Of a DNA stretch of 64,000 nucleotides, positions 10,006 through 21,230 are shown one piece after another. The notes under the pieces are model-generated. The model saw nothing but the letters and a program-made list of their open reading frames with translations. It did no database searches and was not told the DNA's origin. A program made the translations under genes and the position numbers. Numbering within the stretch: the stretch's first letter is position 1; each line of letters begins with the position of its first letter. This stretch comes from an uncultured Gammaproteobacteria bacterium. Its GTDB lineage: Bacteria > Pseudomonadota > Gammaproteobacteria > JAURND01. Location: contig CAVQQD010000002.1 of NCBI GenBank assembly GCA_963714975.1, positions 448,001 through 512,000 of the forward strand. The letters run 5' to 3'.

Positions 10006-11555
10006 CAATGGCACTACCTTAAGCCACAGAATATTTTAAAATCCTTTTATTTATTTTACGTAGCAATTTTTCTTTTTCGATTGCTCTGTTTCTCTTCAAG
10101 GCTGGAAATGGTTTCGGTCTTTGCTTGACTAGCCTGGGCTCCACCCTATCTGGTCTATTTCCAACTTTGTTTTGCACAATTAATTTTAACATCTCAATAT
10201 ACATTTTATGGTTGCTCACCTGATTTGAGCTTATAAAATAAGGAATAAATTCATTTAGTAGCTGCACACTTCCCTTAAAGCTTATTTCCCATGGATTAAC
10301 GCCATACTCATAACAAGCTTTTGCTATAATTATTCTGATAAAATTATATGCTAATAAATGAATTCCTATTTCTTTTCTAACCATTTCTGGTGTTTTGCAC
10401 GATAACATATCCATATTCATGATACTTTTAATACTTCGCAAATTAAGCTCCACCTCCCACCTTCGCTTATATATTTGGGCAAGCTCTGCTTTGTGGTATT
10501 TTTTGTCTAAAAATGTTGTAACGTATATGTGGCCTGATACTTTAAATTCCCGTATGGAAATTTGATCGGGGTATGCCTCATATTGCTTTTGTGTCATCCA
10601 TTCCGGTTTCTGTGGTTTCTCCCAGTTGACAATGTGATCATTTTTACCCAATTTTTGTCCCATTCTAAAATCATAATTCCTTTGACTTTGTCCGCGAAAA
10701 ACACCATCAGCTCCTATTTTTTTTAAGTCCGCCATAAGAAAAAAATTGGGGTAATAACGGTCACCCAGCACAATATCGTCGGCTTTAATGCAGTTTATAA
10801 TTTCTCTTAATAATGAGATTTCTCCTGTGCCCTTTCCTTTGTGAGCCCCTATTGCATAATCTATTACGGTTCCCCGCGTCAGTGACATAACGGCTACTAT
10901 TCGCGCCATAGGAAATCCAGCCCCTTTTTTCTGATTACCATGCTGAGGAAATTTTTTTTGATTAGCTTTTGTATCCGACATTTTGACGGTAAATCCATCA
11001 AATGCTTTTAATTCTCGGCCATAGACTTTCCATCTCATTGGAATAGATTTCAAAGGGAAAGCTCCAGATTCTTTAACTAATGCCTTCACAGTATCTTCAG
11101 GCAATCGCTTTCTGGCCTTACAATAGGGGCCAGTATTTGAGCTTATTTTATTCTGCTTCTTTTTTTTACTATGCAGCTGCTCCACAACAACACCAGCAAC
11201 CGCTTTTTTGCAGGATTTATCTGGATTTAAAACTTGTTTAATAAACGTAAATAAGGTTTTGGTGGGGCTATATATCCGGTCACGATATTCCCGGCACTCT
11301 CTAAGTATCTTCTGACATTTTTCTGAATTCAATAGGTTTAACAGGAAAATGTCTGGTGCACCATCAGCCAATTCTTGTCTTTTATTTTTAACTTGCTTAA
11401 TTTTATTTTTCTTTTTAAAATTCACAGATCAGTTTCCTTTTTTTATTATTGTGTGTTTGCTACAACAATAATATTAAATTTGGAAACTGATTTCATCTTT
11501 TTTCATCTAAATCATAGGCTTATATTCATCTTTGCTCCTTAAGGTAGTGCCATTG
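10006..11555 (-). mobile_element. IS4-family insertion sequence
   Basis: Perfect 18-bp IRs caatggcactaccttaag (10006-10023) / cttaaggtagtgccattg (11538-11555); 11-bp TSD gacctggcaat at 9995-10005 and 11556-11566. Confidence 0.95.
10019..11425 (-). CDS. IS4-family DDE transposase
   Basis: AFDG, LGDRYY and YKRRWEVELNLRSIK (YREK signature). Confidence 0.92.
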   Translation of the reverse strand: MNFKKKNKIKQVKNKRQELADGAPDIFLLNLLNSEKCQKILRECREYRDRIYSPTKTLFTFIKQVLNPDKSCKKAVAGVVVEQLHSKKKKQNKISSNTGPYCKARKRLPEDTVKALVKESGAFPLKSIPMRWKVYGRELKAFDGFTVKMSDTKANQKKFPQHGNQKKGAGFPMARIVAVMSLTRGTVIDYAIGAHKGKGTGEISLLREIINCIKADDIVLGDRYYPNFFLMADLKKIGADGVFRGQSQRNYDFRMGQKLGKNDHIVNWEKPQKPEWMTQKQYEAYPDQISIREFKVSGHIYVTTFLDKKYHKAELAQIYKRRWEVELNLRSIKSIMNMDMLSCKTPEMVRKEIGIHLLAYNFIRIIIAKACYEYGVNPWEISFKGSVQLLNEFIPYFISSNQVSNHKMYIEMLKLIVQNKVGNRPDRVEPRLVKQRPKPFPALKRNRAIEKEKLLRKINKRILKYSVA

Positions 11556-11925
11556 GACCTGGCAATTATTGCAGCTCGAGAAATGCTGAACCGTGCTGGT
11601 TGCGAATGCGAAGTGGCCAAGTCAGGCAAGGAGGCAATTACAAAATTCGATCAGTCTTTTGATCTCATTTTATTGGACATTGGTTTGCCTGATACTCACG
11701 GGCTGGATCTGGCTAGATTAATCCGTAGTCAGAGCGGTGCAATCAGCCAAATACCCATTGTGGTAGTGACTGCACGAGAAAAGGATAGTGGCTGTGATCA
11801 ACGAGCAAGCATAATAGGCTTGAATGGGTATTTCGCCAAACCTCTCACTCAGGAGCTTTGCCAAAAATTAATTGCTGGCATTTCTCGTGGCGAAACAGAT
11901 TTTTGGGAGGAATGATTTTCACGTC

Positions 11926-12090
11926 CCTTCTCCCGCAGCGTTTTTCTGCGGGAGAAGGTGGCCGAAGGCCGGATGAGGGTGTTTGAAGTAGCTTTCAGCG
12001 TTTTGAAACACCTCACCTGCCTTTGAAACTACGGTATTGTTTGCGTTGCTGTTGTGAGATTATCATCCTTCTCCCGCAAAGGAGAAGGAT
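11926..12090. repeat. Family A REP-like doublet (CCTTCTCCC...GGGAGAAGG-GCCGAAGG-CGGATGAGGG)
   Basis: Same motif at 19590-19742, 24037-24080, 26822-26913, 42754-42928, 43390-43413 and 57557-57580. Confidence 0.8.
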
Positions 12091-12179
12091 TTTGCAGTTC
12101 TGGACAGCTGAGTGAATATTGCAGTAGGATCAGACTTGAGCTGAGTTGGGGTTAAATTTTTACTTTTTGGGGGTGAGCT

Positions 12180-13145
12180 ATGTCGCTGGTACGTTTTGAT
12201 TGGGCAATTAAACACTTGCTACGGAATAAGGCCAATTTTGATATTTTAGAAGGTTTTTTATCCGAACTGTTGCACGACACAATTCATATTGAAAGCCTGC
12301 TCGAATCTGAGAGTAATCAAGAGCACGCTACTGATAAATATAATCGGGTAGACTTATTAGTCAGAACCAAAAGTGGACAATTTATTATTATTGAAGTGCA
12401 ATGTGCTAGTCAGTGGGATTATTTGAGCCGAGTTTTGTACGCTACTTCTAAGGTAGTATGCGAACATTTGCATCTAGGAGATGAATACCGCAATGTCCGT
12501 AAAGTAATTTCGGTCAGTATCGTATTTTTTAATTTGGGGTCAGGTAAGGATTATCTATACCAGGGCAATACGATATTTAAGGGTTTGCATTTTCATGATA
12601 CTTTAGATTTGAATTCGCAGGAAAAAGAGTTTTATCGACAAACTTATCAGGTCGAGCCACAGACGCCAGCTCAGATTTTTCCTGAATACTATATTATCAA
12701 AGTGAGCCAGTTCCATGAAAAAGTGCAAGATAAAATTGACGAATGGGTGTATTTGTTGAAACATGCTAAGGTTAAAGAAGGATTTTCAGCCCGTGGTATT
12801 CATAGTGCTGCTAAGAAACTGGATATCTTACGACTAAGCGCAGCAGAACGTCGATCGTATCAGCGTTATATGGAAAGTTTAAGTGATGATGCTAGTTTAA
12901 TGGCTATGATAGAAATGCAGAAGGAAAAGGCTCAGGTTGAAGGCCACGTCAAGGGTCATGCTGAAGGTCATGCTGAAGGTCGTGCAGAGGGTCGTGCAGA
13001 GGGTCGTGCAGAGGGTCATGCTGAGGGCCATGCTGAGGGTTCTAAACGAGAGCGACTTAAAATAGCAAAATCGCTTAAGCAGGCTGGCCTAACTAATGAA
13101 ATTATTGCTCTACATACGGGCTTATCCCCTGAAGAAATTCAGTAA
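12180..13145 (+). CDS. Rpn-family / PD-(D/E)XK nuclease family putative transposase
   Basis: RFDWAIKHLLRNKANFDILEGFLSELL, RVDL...IIEVQ motif, C-terminal G(H/R)AE repeats and IALHTGLS HTH tail. Confidence 0.88.
   Translation: MSLVRFDWAIKHLLRNKANFDILEGFLSELLHDTIHIESLLESESNQEHATDKYNRVDLLVRTKSGQFIIIEVQCASQWDYLSRVLYATSKVVCEHLHLGDEYRNVRKVISVSIVFFNLGSGKDYLYQGNTIFKGLHFHDTLDLNSQEKEFYRQTYQVEPQTPAQIFPEYYIIKVSQFHEKVQDKIDEWVYLLKHAKVKEGFSARGIHSAAKKLDILRLSAAERRSYQRYMESLSDDASLMAMIEMQKEKAQVEGHVKGHAEGHAEGRAEGRAEGRAEGHAEGHAEGSKRERLKIAKSLKQAGLTNEIIALHTGLSPEEIQ
12955..13040 (+). repeat. 12-bp coding tandem repeat (ggtcRtgcWgaR) encoding GHAE/GRAE units
   Basis: Seven G(H/R)AE units read directly in the Rpn C-terminus. 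Confidence 0.9.
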
Positions 13146-13169
13146 CTTTAAGGGACTCCTGGTGAAAGT

Positions 13170-14354
13170 TTGATGAAGGTATCTTCCCGAATGGTCAAAA
13201 ATAATTCTTCGTATCGCTTAGAAACAAATCTAATTCATGCGGGGGATCCTCTGCCAAGAATAGATGGCGCGGTGATTCAGCCTATTTTTCAGAGTGTCAT
13301 GTATGAAACAGCGGGGGAGACGCATTACAATGCGGTTCGTTACGTTCGCTTAAACAATACACCCAATCAAATCAGCTTGCAGGAAAAAATTGCTGTGTTG
13401 GAACACGCTGAATCCGCCCTCGTCACGGCTTCTGGTATGGCAGCCATTGTGGGTGTCCTGTTAACGACTTTGCGGGCAGGCGATCATTTGCTGGTGCAGA
13501 ATTGTCTTTATGGGGGAACGCATACCTTTATCACTCATGATTTTTCTAGTTTGGGTTTGTCTTATGATTTTATCGACCCCCATCATTCCGCTACCTGGCA
13601 AGCTAAATTGCAATCACATACCAAAGCCATTTATGTCGAAGCAATGGCCAATCCTTTATTACAAGTCGGCGATCTTAAAGCGGTGGTAGCTTTTGCTAAA
13701 GCCCATGGCCTGCTTTCCATCATTGATAATACTTTCGCTACTCCCATAAATTTTTGCCCAATTGATTTGGGTTTTGATGTGTCCTTGCACAGTGCTACAA
13801 AATATTTAAATGGGCATTCTGATGTGGTTGCGGGTGCCGTGGCGGGGAGAGCGGAGTTTATAGAGCGGCTCAATCATAAAATGGGTCATCTTGGTGGTTG
13901 TCTTGATCCCCATGCTGCTTTTTTATTACAAAGAGGTTTAAAAACATTGGCTTTACGTGTGCGTTATCAAAATGCTAGCGCCGGAAAAATTGCCGAATTT
14001 TTACAGCATCATCCGAGTATCAAGCAGGTCAATTATCCAGGGTTGACTAGTTCCCGCGATTATCGACGGGCTCAAGAATTATTTCATGGCTGTGGTGGTG
14101 TGTTAAGTTTTGAACTAGAGGGTGGTGCAGTTGCCGCTGAGCATTTTCTTAAGAAGCAGCACATTGCTGTGCAGGCTCCTAGTTTAGGAGGAGTGGAAAC
14201 GCTGATTACTCGTCCTGCCACGACTTCGCATGTGGGCATGTCCGCAGAAGAGCGTCGGCAAATTGGTATTTCTGATGGATTAATTCGTTTATCAGTCGGA
14301 ATAGAAGCCACTGAAGATTTAATAGAAGACTTTAACCAGGCGTTGCGCGGATAA
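13170..14354 (+). CDS. PLP-dependent Cys/Met metabolism enzyme (cystathionine gamma-lyase/synthase family)
   Basis: SGMAAI, LYGGT, DNTFATP, SATKYLNGHSDV (PLP lysine), SLGGVETL, RLSVGIE. Confidence 0.9.
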   Translation: MMKVSSRMVKNNSSYRLETNLIHAGDPLPRIDGAVIQPIFQSVMYETAGETHYNAVRYVRLNNTPNQISLQEKIAVLEHAESALVTASGMAAIVGVLLTTLRAGDHLLVQNCLYGGTHTFITHDFSSLGLSYDFIDPHHSATWQAKLQSHTKAIYVEAMANPLLQVGDLKAVVAFAKAHGLLSIIDNTFATPINFCPIDLGFDVSLHSATKYLNGHSDVVAGAVAGRAEFIERLNHKMGHLGGCLDPHAAFLLQRGLKTLALRVRYQNASAGKIAEFLQHHPSIKQVNYPGLTSSRDYRRAQELFHGCGGVLSFELEGGAVAAEHFLKKQHIAVQAPSLGGVETLITRPATTSHVGMSAEERRQIGISDGLIRLSVGIEATEDLIEDFNQALRG

Positions 14355-14363
14355 AACCGACCT

Positions 14364-15185
14364 ATGCCAGAACTTCCTGAAGTAGAAACCACTCTGCGTG
14401 GGATTTTGCCACATATTCAAAACCAAATTATCATGCAAGTAGTGATCAGAAATCGGCAATTACGTTGGCCCATTTCACCTCAGTTACCGCAAATTTTGCC
14501 AGATAAAAAAATTCTGAGTGCTAAACGTCGTGGGAAATATTTGTTACTGCAAATAGTGCAGGGAACGCTGATTATTCATTTAGGAATGTCAGGAAGCTTA
14601 CGGGTATTACCTGAGGGCTATCCGCATAATAAGCATGATCATGTAGATATTATATTTCGTAATCAAAAAATTTTGCGTTTTACTGACCCGCGGCGCTTTG
14701 GGGCACTGTTGTGGACTGAAGAGAATCCCGCGAGTCATCCATTATTAAAAAATTTAGGAATAGAGCCATTAACGAGAGGCTTCACGGGAAAATATTTGTG
14801 GCTACATGCACAAAGTCGGCATGTGCCAATTAAAATATTGTTAATGGACAACCACGTGGTCACTGGAATTGGCAATATTTATGCGAATGAAGCTTTATTT
14901 GTTGCAGGAATTCATCCAGCGGCAGCAGCCAATTCATTATCAGCAGAGCGCTTGCAGTTATTGGTGAAGGCTGTTAAGCAAATTTTGCGTCACGCGATAC
15001 AGCGGGGTGGTACAACTTTGAAAGATTTTACTAATAGTGAGGGCAAACCCGGATATTTTGCTGACCAGCTAAAAGTGTATGGTCGGGCCGGGCTGGCCTG
15101 TGTGCGGTGCCATGCGCCATTGCAATTCCTGCGCATTGGCCAACGCAGCACTGTGTATTGCCAGCATTGCCAACTCCTAGACTAG
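14364..15185 (+). CDS. mutM: Formamidopyrimidine-DNA glycosylase
   Basis: MPELPEVET, RRGKY, HLGMSG, DPRRFG, GIGNIYANE, C-terminal zinc finger. Confidence 0.97.
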   Translation: MPELPEVETTLRGILPHIQNQIIMQVVIRNRQLRWPISPQLPQILPDKKILSAKRRGKYLLLQIVQGTLIIHLGMSGSLRVLPEGYPHNKHDHVDIIFRNQKILRFTDPRRFGALLWTEENPASHPLLKNLGIEPLTRGFTGKYLWLHAQSRHVPIKILLMDNHVVTGIGNIYANEALFVAGIHPAAAANSLSAERLQLLVKAVKQILRHAIQRGGTTLKDFTNSEGKPGYFADQLKVYGRAGLACVRCHAPLQFLRIGQRSTVYCQHCQLLD

Positions 15186-15195
15186 TTGAGCCTTA

Positions 15196-15377
15196 AACCT
15201 AGATTCGGCAGTAGAAACCTACTGTGAGGGCTTAATACATTGAATCTCTCGCTTATTTTTATATTTTTTTCTTTCACCGTACGGGTGAGTACGCCTTCAA
15301 GAAAAAAATTTAAAAATAATCAAGATCTTCAACGTCTTAATCCCTCTCGCTACGGTTTCTACTGCCGAATCTAGGTT
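15196..15377. mobile_element. Non-autonomous MITE-like element (182 bp)
   Basis: Perfect 24-bp terminal inverted repeats aacctagattcggcagtagaaacc / ggtttctactgccgaatctaggtt with no internal ORF. Confidence 0.75.
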
Positions 15378-15401
15378 AAATGAGATGTGTGCATTGGATA
15401 G

Positions 15402-15815
15402 CTATATAGGGATTACTGAAAGATATTCTTTTTGGGCGTAGTCCAAAATTTTTTGATCATGGGTCATTAAGCTAAGTTGATGTATCCGTGAAGTAGCTAC
15501 GATCATGCGATCGGCAGGATCGCCATGAAAGCCATTGGGAAGCTGAGAACTTTCTACAGCTATTTCTGGGGTCAATGGTTTTAGCTCAATGCCAGGTAAT
15601 GCCAAGGCTTCTTTAACCCAAGCTAATAAAGGTTTTTCTAGTTTAATTCGACCTTTTTCGACCAACATAGCAACTTCCCACACTGAAATGGCGGGAATGG
15701 CTACTACACTATGTTGCGTGGCCTCGTCAATTATTTGCTGTTGCTCGGAATTTAATTCCATTCTTCCTTCCATCAGCCAAATCCAAACGTGAGTGTCTAG
15801 CAACAAGCCACTCAT
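15402..15815 (-). CDS. vapC: VapC PIN-domain toxin
   Basis: LLLDTHVWIW, ISVWEV, HGDPADRMIVA, LMTHD; overlaps the antitoxin stop. Confidence 0.9.
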   Translation of the reverse strand: MSGLLLDTHVWIWLMEGRMELNSEQQQIIDEATQHSVVAIPAISVWEVAMLVEKGRIKLEKPLLAWVKEALALPGIELKPLTPEIAVESSQLPNGFHGDPADRMIVATSRIHQLSLMTHDQKILDYAQKEYLSVIPI

Positions 15816-16042
15816 GATTCAGCATCCCATTTTTCATCGATGGGAGCGATAATATCCCCTTTAATTTTTACAGTCCCTTTTAAAGCGCCGTATAGGCTGA
15901 GTGGTTGTTCTTCAAAGGGTACTAATTTAGCAATAGGAACTCCATGCTTAGTAATTATAAAACTAAGATGTTTTTCACGCACATGATCCATTAATTGTAA
16001 ACATTGTGCTTTAAATTGCCCGGCAGCGATTTTTTTTTCCAT
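15812..16042 (-). CDS. Phd/YefM-family antitoxin
   Basis: AGQFKAQCLQLMD...IITKHGVPIAKLVP; directly upstream of vapC. Confidence 0.9.
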   Translation of the reverse strand: MEKKIAAGQFKAQCLQLMDHVREKHLSFIITKHGVPIAKLVPFEEQPLSLYGALKGTVKIKGDIIAPIDEKWDAES

Positions 16043-16054
16043 TTTAACCTCGAA

Positions 16055-16110
16055 TAACCATGGTTACAGTTCTATGGTCATAATTATAGTGGTTAAATTT
16101 AAAATGGTCA
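16055..16110. promoter_or_regulatory. Putative TA autoregulatory operator
   Basis: Perfect palindrome taaccatggtta (16055-16066) plus repeated atggtca half-sites (16074, 16104) just upstream of the antitoxin start. Confidence 0.45.
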
Positions 16111-16124
16111 AAGGTATTGGCCAA

Positions 16125-16380
16125 CTAGAGTCTCTTTTCATCCTTAGCTCCCCAAGTTTTTAACCAATCTCGTACTTCTTGACCTGTTAAATGTCTGCCT
16201 GTTTCTTGGTAATTTTTCCACGACATTAAAGCTTCTTGGTTGAAACTTTCTCTTTTTCCTCTCGTTCTATAGAATGATAATTGCCCTTATCATGATCGAA
16301 TGGGCTGAGCGGTCCTTCAAGTCTGCGAGTCGTTGCATACGTTTCTTTAATTTTGCATCAAGTTTAAGGGAAGTCGTCAT
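16125..16380 (-). pseudogene. Frameshifted CopG/RHH-family antitoxin
   Basis: Minus strand reads MTTSLKLDAKLKKRMQRLADLKDRSAHSIM..., then after frameshifts ...QEALMSWKNYQETGRHLTGQEVRDWLKTWG; AGGTGG RBS upstream. Confidence 0.75.
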
Positions 16381-16465
16381 TATAACCACCTAGAAATAAA
16401 AAGTATTACCGTTGTTACTATATCCATACTTTTCAGTAGATGCCATCAAGTAGATTCTAATTCGC

Positions 16466-17485
16466 CTATTCAATCCACATCGCATCTCCGTAACTGTAAA
16501 AACGATACTCGGCTGCAATAGCTTGTTGATAGCTGTTCATGACAGCCGCATGGCCGCCAAAGGCAGCAACTAACATTAACAAACTAGATTTAGGCAAATG
16601 GAAATTGGTGAGGATGGCATCGACACAACGGAATGTATAGCCAGGATAAATAAATAAACGGGTCTCACCATAATAGGGTGCGATTTGCGCCCCTTGGCTC
16701 GCGGTTTCAAGAGCTCGTACGCTGGTAGTTCCCACCGCAATGACCCGTCCTCCCTGCGCCTTGGTTGCGGCTACTTGCGCACAAAGCTCTGCTGATACTT
16801 CTAAATATTCCGCATGCATCTGATGATTTTGAATCATTTCTTCGCGTACGGGCTGAAACGTGCCTGCTCCGATATGCAGGGTTAAAAAAGCGGTTTTGAT
16901 CCCACGTTGTTTGAGCTTGGCAAATAAGGCCTCATCAAAATGTAATCCTGCGGTAGGTGCCGCCACTGCCCCCGGTTGGCTGGCATAGAGGGTTTGATAG
17001 CGGGTCTTATCCATTTCCTCAGCGTCGCGCTGCATATAATGCGGGATGGGGATATGGCCATGGCGTTCTAATAAAGAGCCCAAGGATTGTTCATGCAAGC
17101 ATTCTACTACAAACAAAGACCCTCGACGGTCCAGCACTTTTACTTTAATATCTTGCTCCATCAGCAAATAGCTGCCTATTTTAGGCGTTTTACTGGACTT
17201 CAAGTGGACTAGAGCCTGATCGTAGTCCAAGATGCGTTCAATCAGTAATTCTACGCGACCGCCACTGACTTTTATTCCCTTCCAGCGTGCAGGGATCACG
17301 CGGGTGTTATTGAACACGAGCAAATCTTCAGGAGATAGTAGCCCAGGAAGCTCACCCATGTGGCGGTGAGCAATTTCTTTGGTGGTTTTGTTTAAACACA
17401 GCAGACGGCTGGCGCTGCGCTCTGCCAGGGGATAACGGGCGATTAGATGGTGGGGTAGGTCAAAGTTGAATTGTTCTAAGAGCAT
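16466..17485 (-). CDS. queA: S-adenosylmethionine:tRNA ribosyltransferase-isomerase
   Basis: NNTRVIPAR, AVAAPTAGLHF, LHIGAGTF, VGTTSVRALE, TNFHLPKS, YRFYSYGDAM. Confidence 0.97.
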   Translation of the reverse strand: MLLEQFNFDLPHHLIARYPLAERSASRLLCLNKTTKEIAHRHMGELPGLLSPEDLLVFNNTRVIPARWKGIKVSGGRVELLIERILDYDQALVHLKSSKTPKIGSYLLMEQDIKVKVLDRRGSLFVVECLHEQSLGSLLERHGHIPIPHYMQRDAEEMDKTRYQTLYASQPGAVAAPTAGLHFDEALFAKLKQRGIKTAFLTLHIGAGTFQPVREEMIQNHQMHAEYLEVSAELCAQVAATKAQGGRVIAVGTTSVRALETASQGAQIAPYYGETRLFIYPGYTFRCVDAILTNFHLPKSSLLMLVAAFGGHAAVMNSYQQAIAAEYRFYSYGDAMWIE

Positions 17486-17560
17486 GGCTTTACAATTAAT
17501 GTTGGCTTAAGGAGAGCATAGTACTATATAACAATTTGACAGTTTCTCGAGGTTTACACT

Positions 17561-19564
17561 ATGCCAGTTATAGCGAATCATAAGCGTCACCCAAACGATT
17601 TATCGGTTTTCTATGGACTATTAGGGCCCTTTTTCTTATTGTATTCCGTTTACTATTATGGGCGGGTACGATCGTTATCTCTTCCCAAGCTATTAATGCG
17701 CATCCTACCGGGATTCCTTATTACTGGGGCCTTATATTATCAATTCTTCATGGGTAGTTCATTGTTATTTTTCTTCCCGTTGGGGATCGTGACTAGTTTT
17801 GTTTTTCTCGCATTGGCGGAGGGTATCGTTAAGTTACCTAATTTTTCCAGCTTGAAAGAATACTTAGAGTATCCTGAATCGAAACGTTTGTTGTTTTACT
17901 TTCTATTATTGAGTGTACTTTCCGGCTGGTTTAGTTTTGTTTTTGACCCAAGAATTTATTTTGAAGCTGGAATGAATTGGTTGCAGTCTACTGTTGGCAA
18001 TACTCTTTTTGGCAATGTTTTTGGCTGGTTAGTAACAATATTTGTTCTCTCCTGTGCCATTAATCTTTGTAACCGTAGTATAGGCGTGCTCGATAAAGTG
18101 GGTTTCAGGGCACAGGTCAATCAGCTCTATTATTTTTTCCCGCACACGCATCAGCGGTGGGGATTAGTGTTAATTAACGTTTTATTTCCAATAGGAGTAG
18201 CCCTGATGGTGAGTAGGCTGCCGATGCTGGAGCCTTATGCTGTGTATTTATTCTTAGCGACGCTCCCCTTAAATATTGTTAATTATTATGCCAAAAGCAA
18301 ACCTCCTCCCCTGAGCAAAGGTGAAAAATTGTCAATGTCAGGTCCAAATATGGCATCGCGGATGTTAGTTTTTGATAAATCCAACGAAGCTGCTCATATA
18401 TTGAGTATCCCCAACCATGGAAATCAAGCTGCCCGCCGCACTACTAATAGTTTTTTCTCTAGAGTGCTAGGTGGAGAACGTACCGATCAGTTTGAGGGTT
18501 TTACGAAAAAAATGACTCATGCGCTCCGAACGGGGATTGACCATGTTGCAATAGAAGAAAGTAAACACTTAGCAGACTACCAAGGAAATTGTAAATTATT
18601 TTTAAAACAACTGCTTCAGAACATGGAAGATACAGAAAATATTGATAAGACAAAACCCAGCATAAATTTTGTTTCTTCCAGCGGTCATCGCATATTTAGA
18701 GTGAATTTGGGGCAACAATTTATTGTCGGTAATAGAGGCGATGGCTTAGAGGGATCCTATGTGGCTAAAATCTGTAATGTGAGAGATCAAGTGCGTGATA
18801 TCGATCGATATGGCAATTATTTTGGTCAAGATAGCAGTACGGCTGAGGTTATCGAGAGATTAAATATCATTGCAGCGGATAAACCATTTTTTGCCGTTGA
18901 CAATCAAAAGCCGCAGAAACTAAACACTTGTGCCTGGACTAGTCTGAAAGCCTGTTTACAACCAGCCATTATTTTGTTTTATGTGCACTCGATTTTCGAG
19001 AATGTGCAGAATCAAAATGGTACGATCAGTTTACGTAACCCAGAACTTGAAGTGCCATTTGAAATTTTAGATAAGACAAAACCAGATCAGGAGCGTCGGA
19101 AGTTACTTCGAACAGCTTTACAAGCAGTAAACCATGAAGCAAAGCCAACTGATGAGCAATTAACTAATAAGCTGCAGCAAATAAATGCCATTGAGGAAGA
19201 GGCTTATAAGTATTATAAAGCAATTACCAAAGCAACTAGGAAAGAATATGTTTTAGGAATCACGGCAGAGATTTCCAACCCTCAGGATAATGATGCGGAG
19301 GACACATTATACAATACGTATATACTTGCAACTAATAAAAAAAGAAAAAAGGTGATTTCTGCAAAGAATAGAGAAATAGTGGCTGCTTATCTTAACAATC
19401 ACCATGGTCAAGGTGTTGGATTGTTTGGTTATCGTCAAAGCAAACGAGATTTTGAACGAGATTTGGCTCGGGAAGTTTGGGGGGAGCTAGCTAAAGAAGA
19501 GCAGGAGGAAATTCAGCCTCTTCTAACGCCAGGAGCTTTGGCAGCTTGTATGGGACAAAAATAA
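17561..19564 (+). CDS. Hypothetical membrane protein, candidate effector with multi-TM N-terminus and putative Cys-protease-like domain
   Basis: About 7 hydrophobic helices in the first ~245 aa; later SGH, GNRGDG and QKLNTCAW motifs. Confidence 0.55.
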   Translation: MPVIANHKRHPNDLSVFYGLLGPFFLLYSVYYYGRVRSLSLPKLLMRILPGFLITGALYYQFFMGSSLLFFFPLGIVTSFVFLALAEGIVKLPNFSSLKEYLEYPESKRLLFYFLLLSVLSGWFSFVFDPRIYFEAGMNWLQSTVGNTLFGNVFGWLVTIFVLSCAINLCNRSIGVLDKVGFRAQVNQLYYFFPHTHQRWGLVLINVLFPIGVALMVSRLPMLEPYAVYLFLATLPLNIVNYYAKSKPPPLSKGEKLSMSGPNMASRMLVFDKSNEAAHILSIPNHGNQAARRTTNSFFSRVLGGERTDQFEGFTKKMTHALRTGIDHVAIEESKHLADYQGNCKLFLKQLLQNMEDTENIDKTKPSINFVSSSGHRIFRVNLGQQFIVGNRGDGLEGSYVAKICNVRDQVRDIDRYGNYFGQDSSTAEVIERLNIIAADKPFFAVDNQKPQKLNTCAWTSLKACLQPAIILFYVHSIFENVQNQNGTISLRNPELEVPFEILDKTKPDQERRKLLRTALQAVNHEAKPTDEQLTNKLQQINAIEEEAYKYYKAITKATRKEYVLGITAEISNPQDNDAEDTLYNTYILATNKKRKKVISAKNREIVAAYLNNHHGQGVGLFGYRQSKRDFERDLAREVWGELAKEEQEEIQPLLTPGALAACMGQK

Positions 19565-19589
19565 TTCACCATCCTTTGTGTGTAAAAAT

Positions 19590-21218
<1,629 letters not shown>

Positions 21219-21230
21219 TCTAGTCTAAAT

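Larger units (their letters stand above)
9959..11915 (+). pseudogene. Single-domain CheY-like response regulator interrupted by IS4
   Basis: RBS AGGAG then ATG 9959 MNNKKVLLIEDEDLA continues after the IS as IIAAREML...LILLDIGLP...VVTA...FAKP; joining at the TSD restores the frame. Confidence 0.9.

Noticed and set aside
11532-11915. Intact 127-aa response regulator as given by the ORF track
   Set aside because: Its first codons come from the IS4 end; the true start is at 9959.
19545-19564. CaaX motif in the 667-aa protein (CMGQK)
   Set aside because: Cys is fifth from the end and the following residues are not aliphatic.
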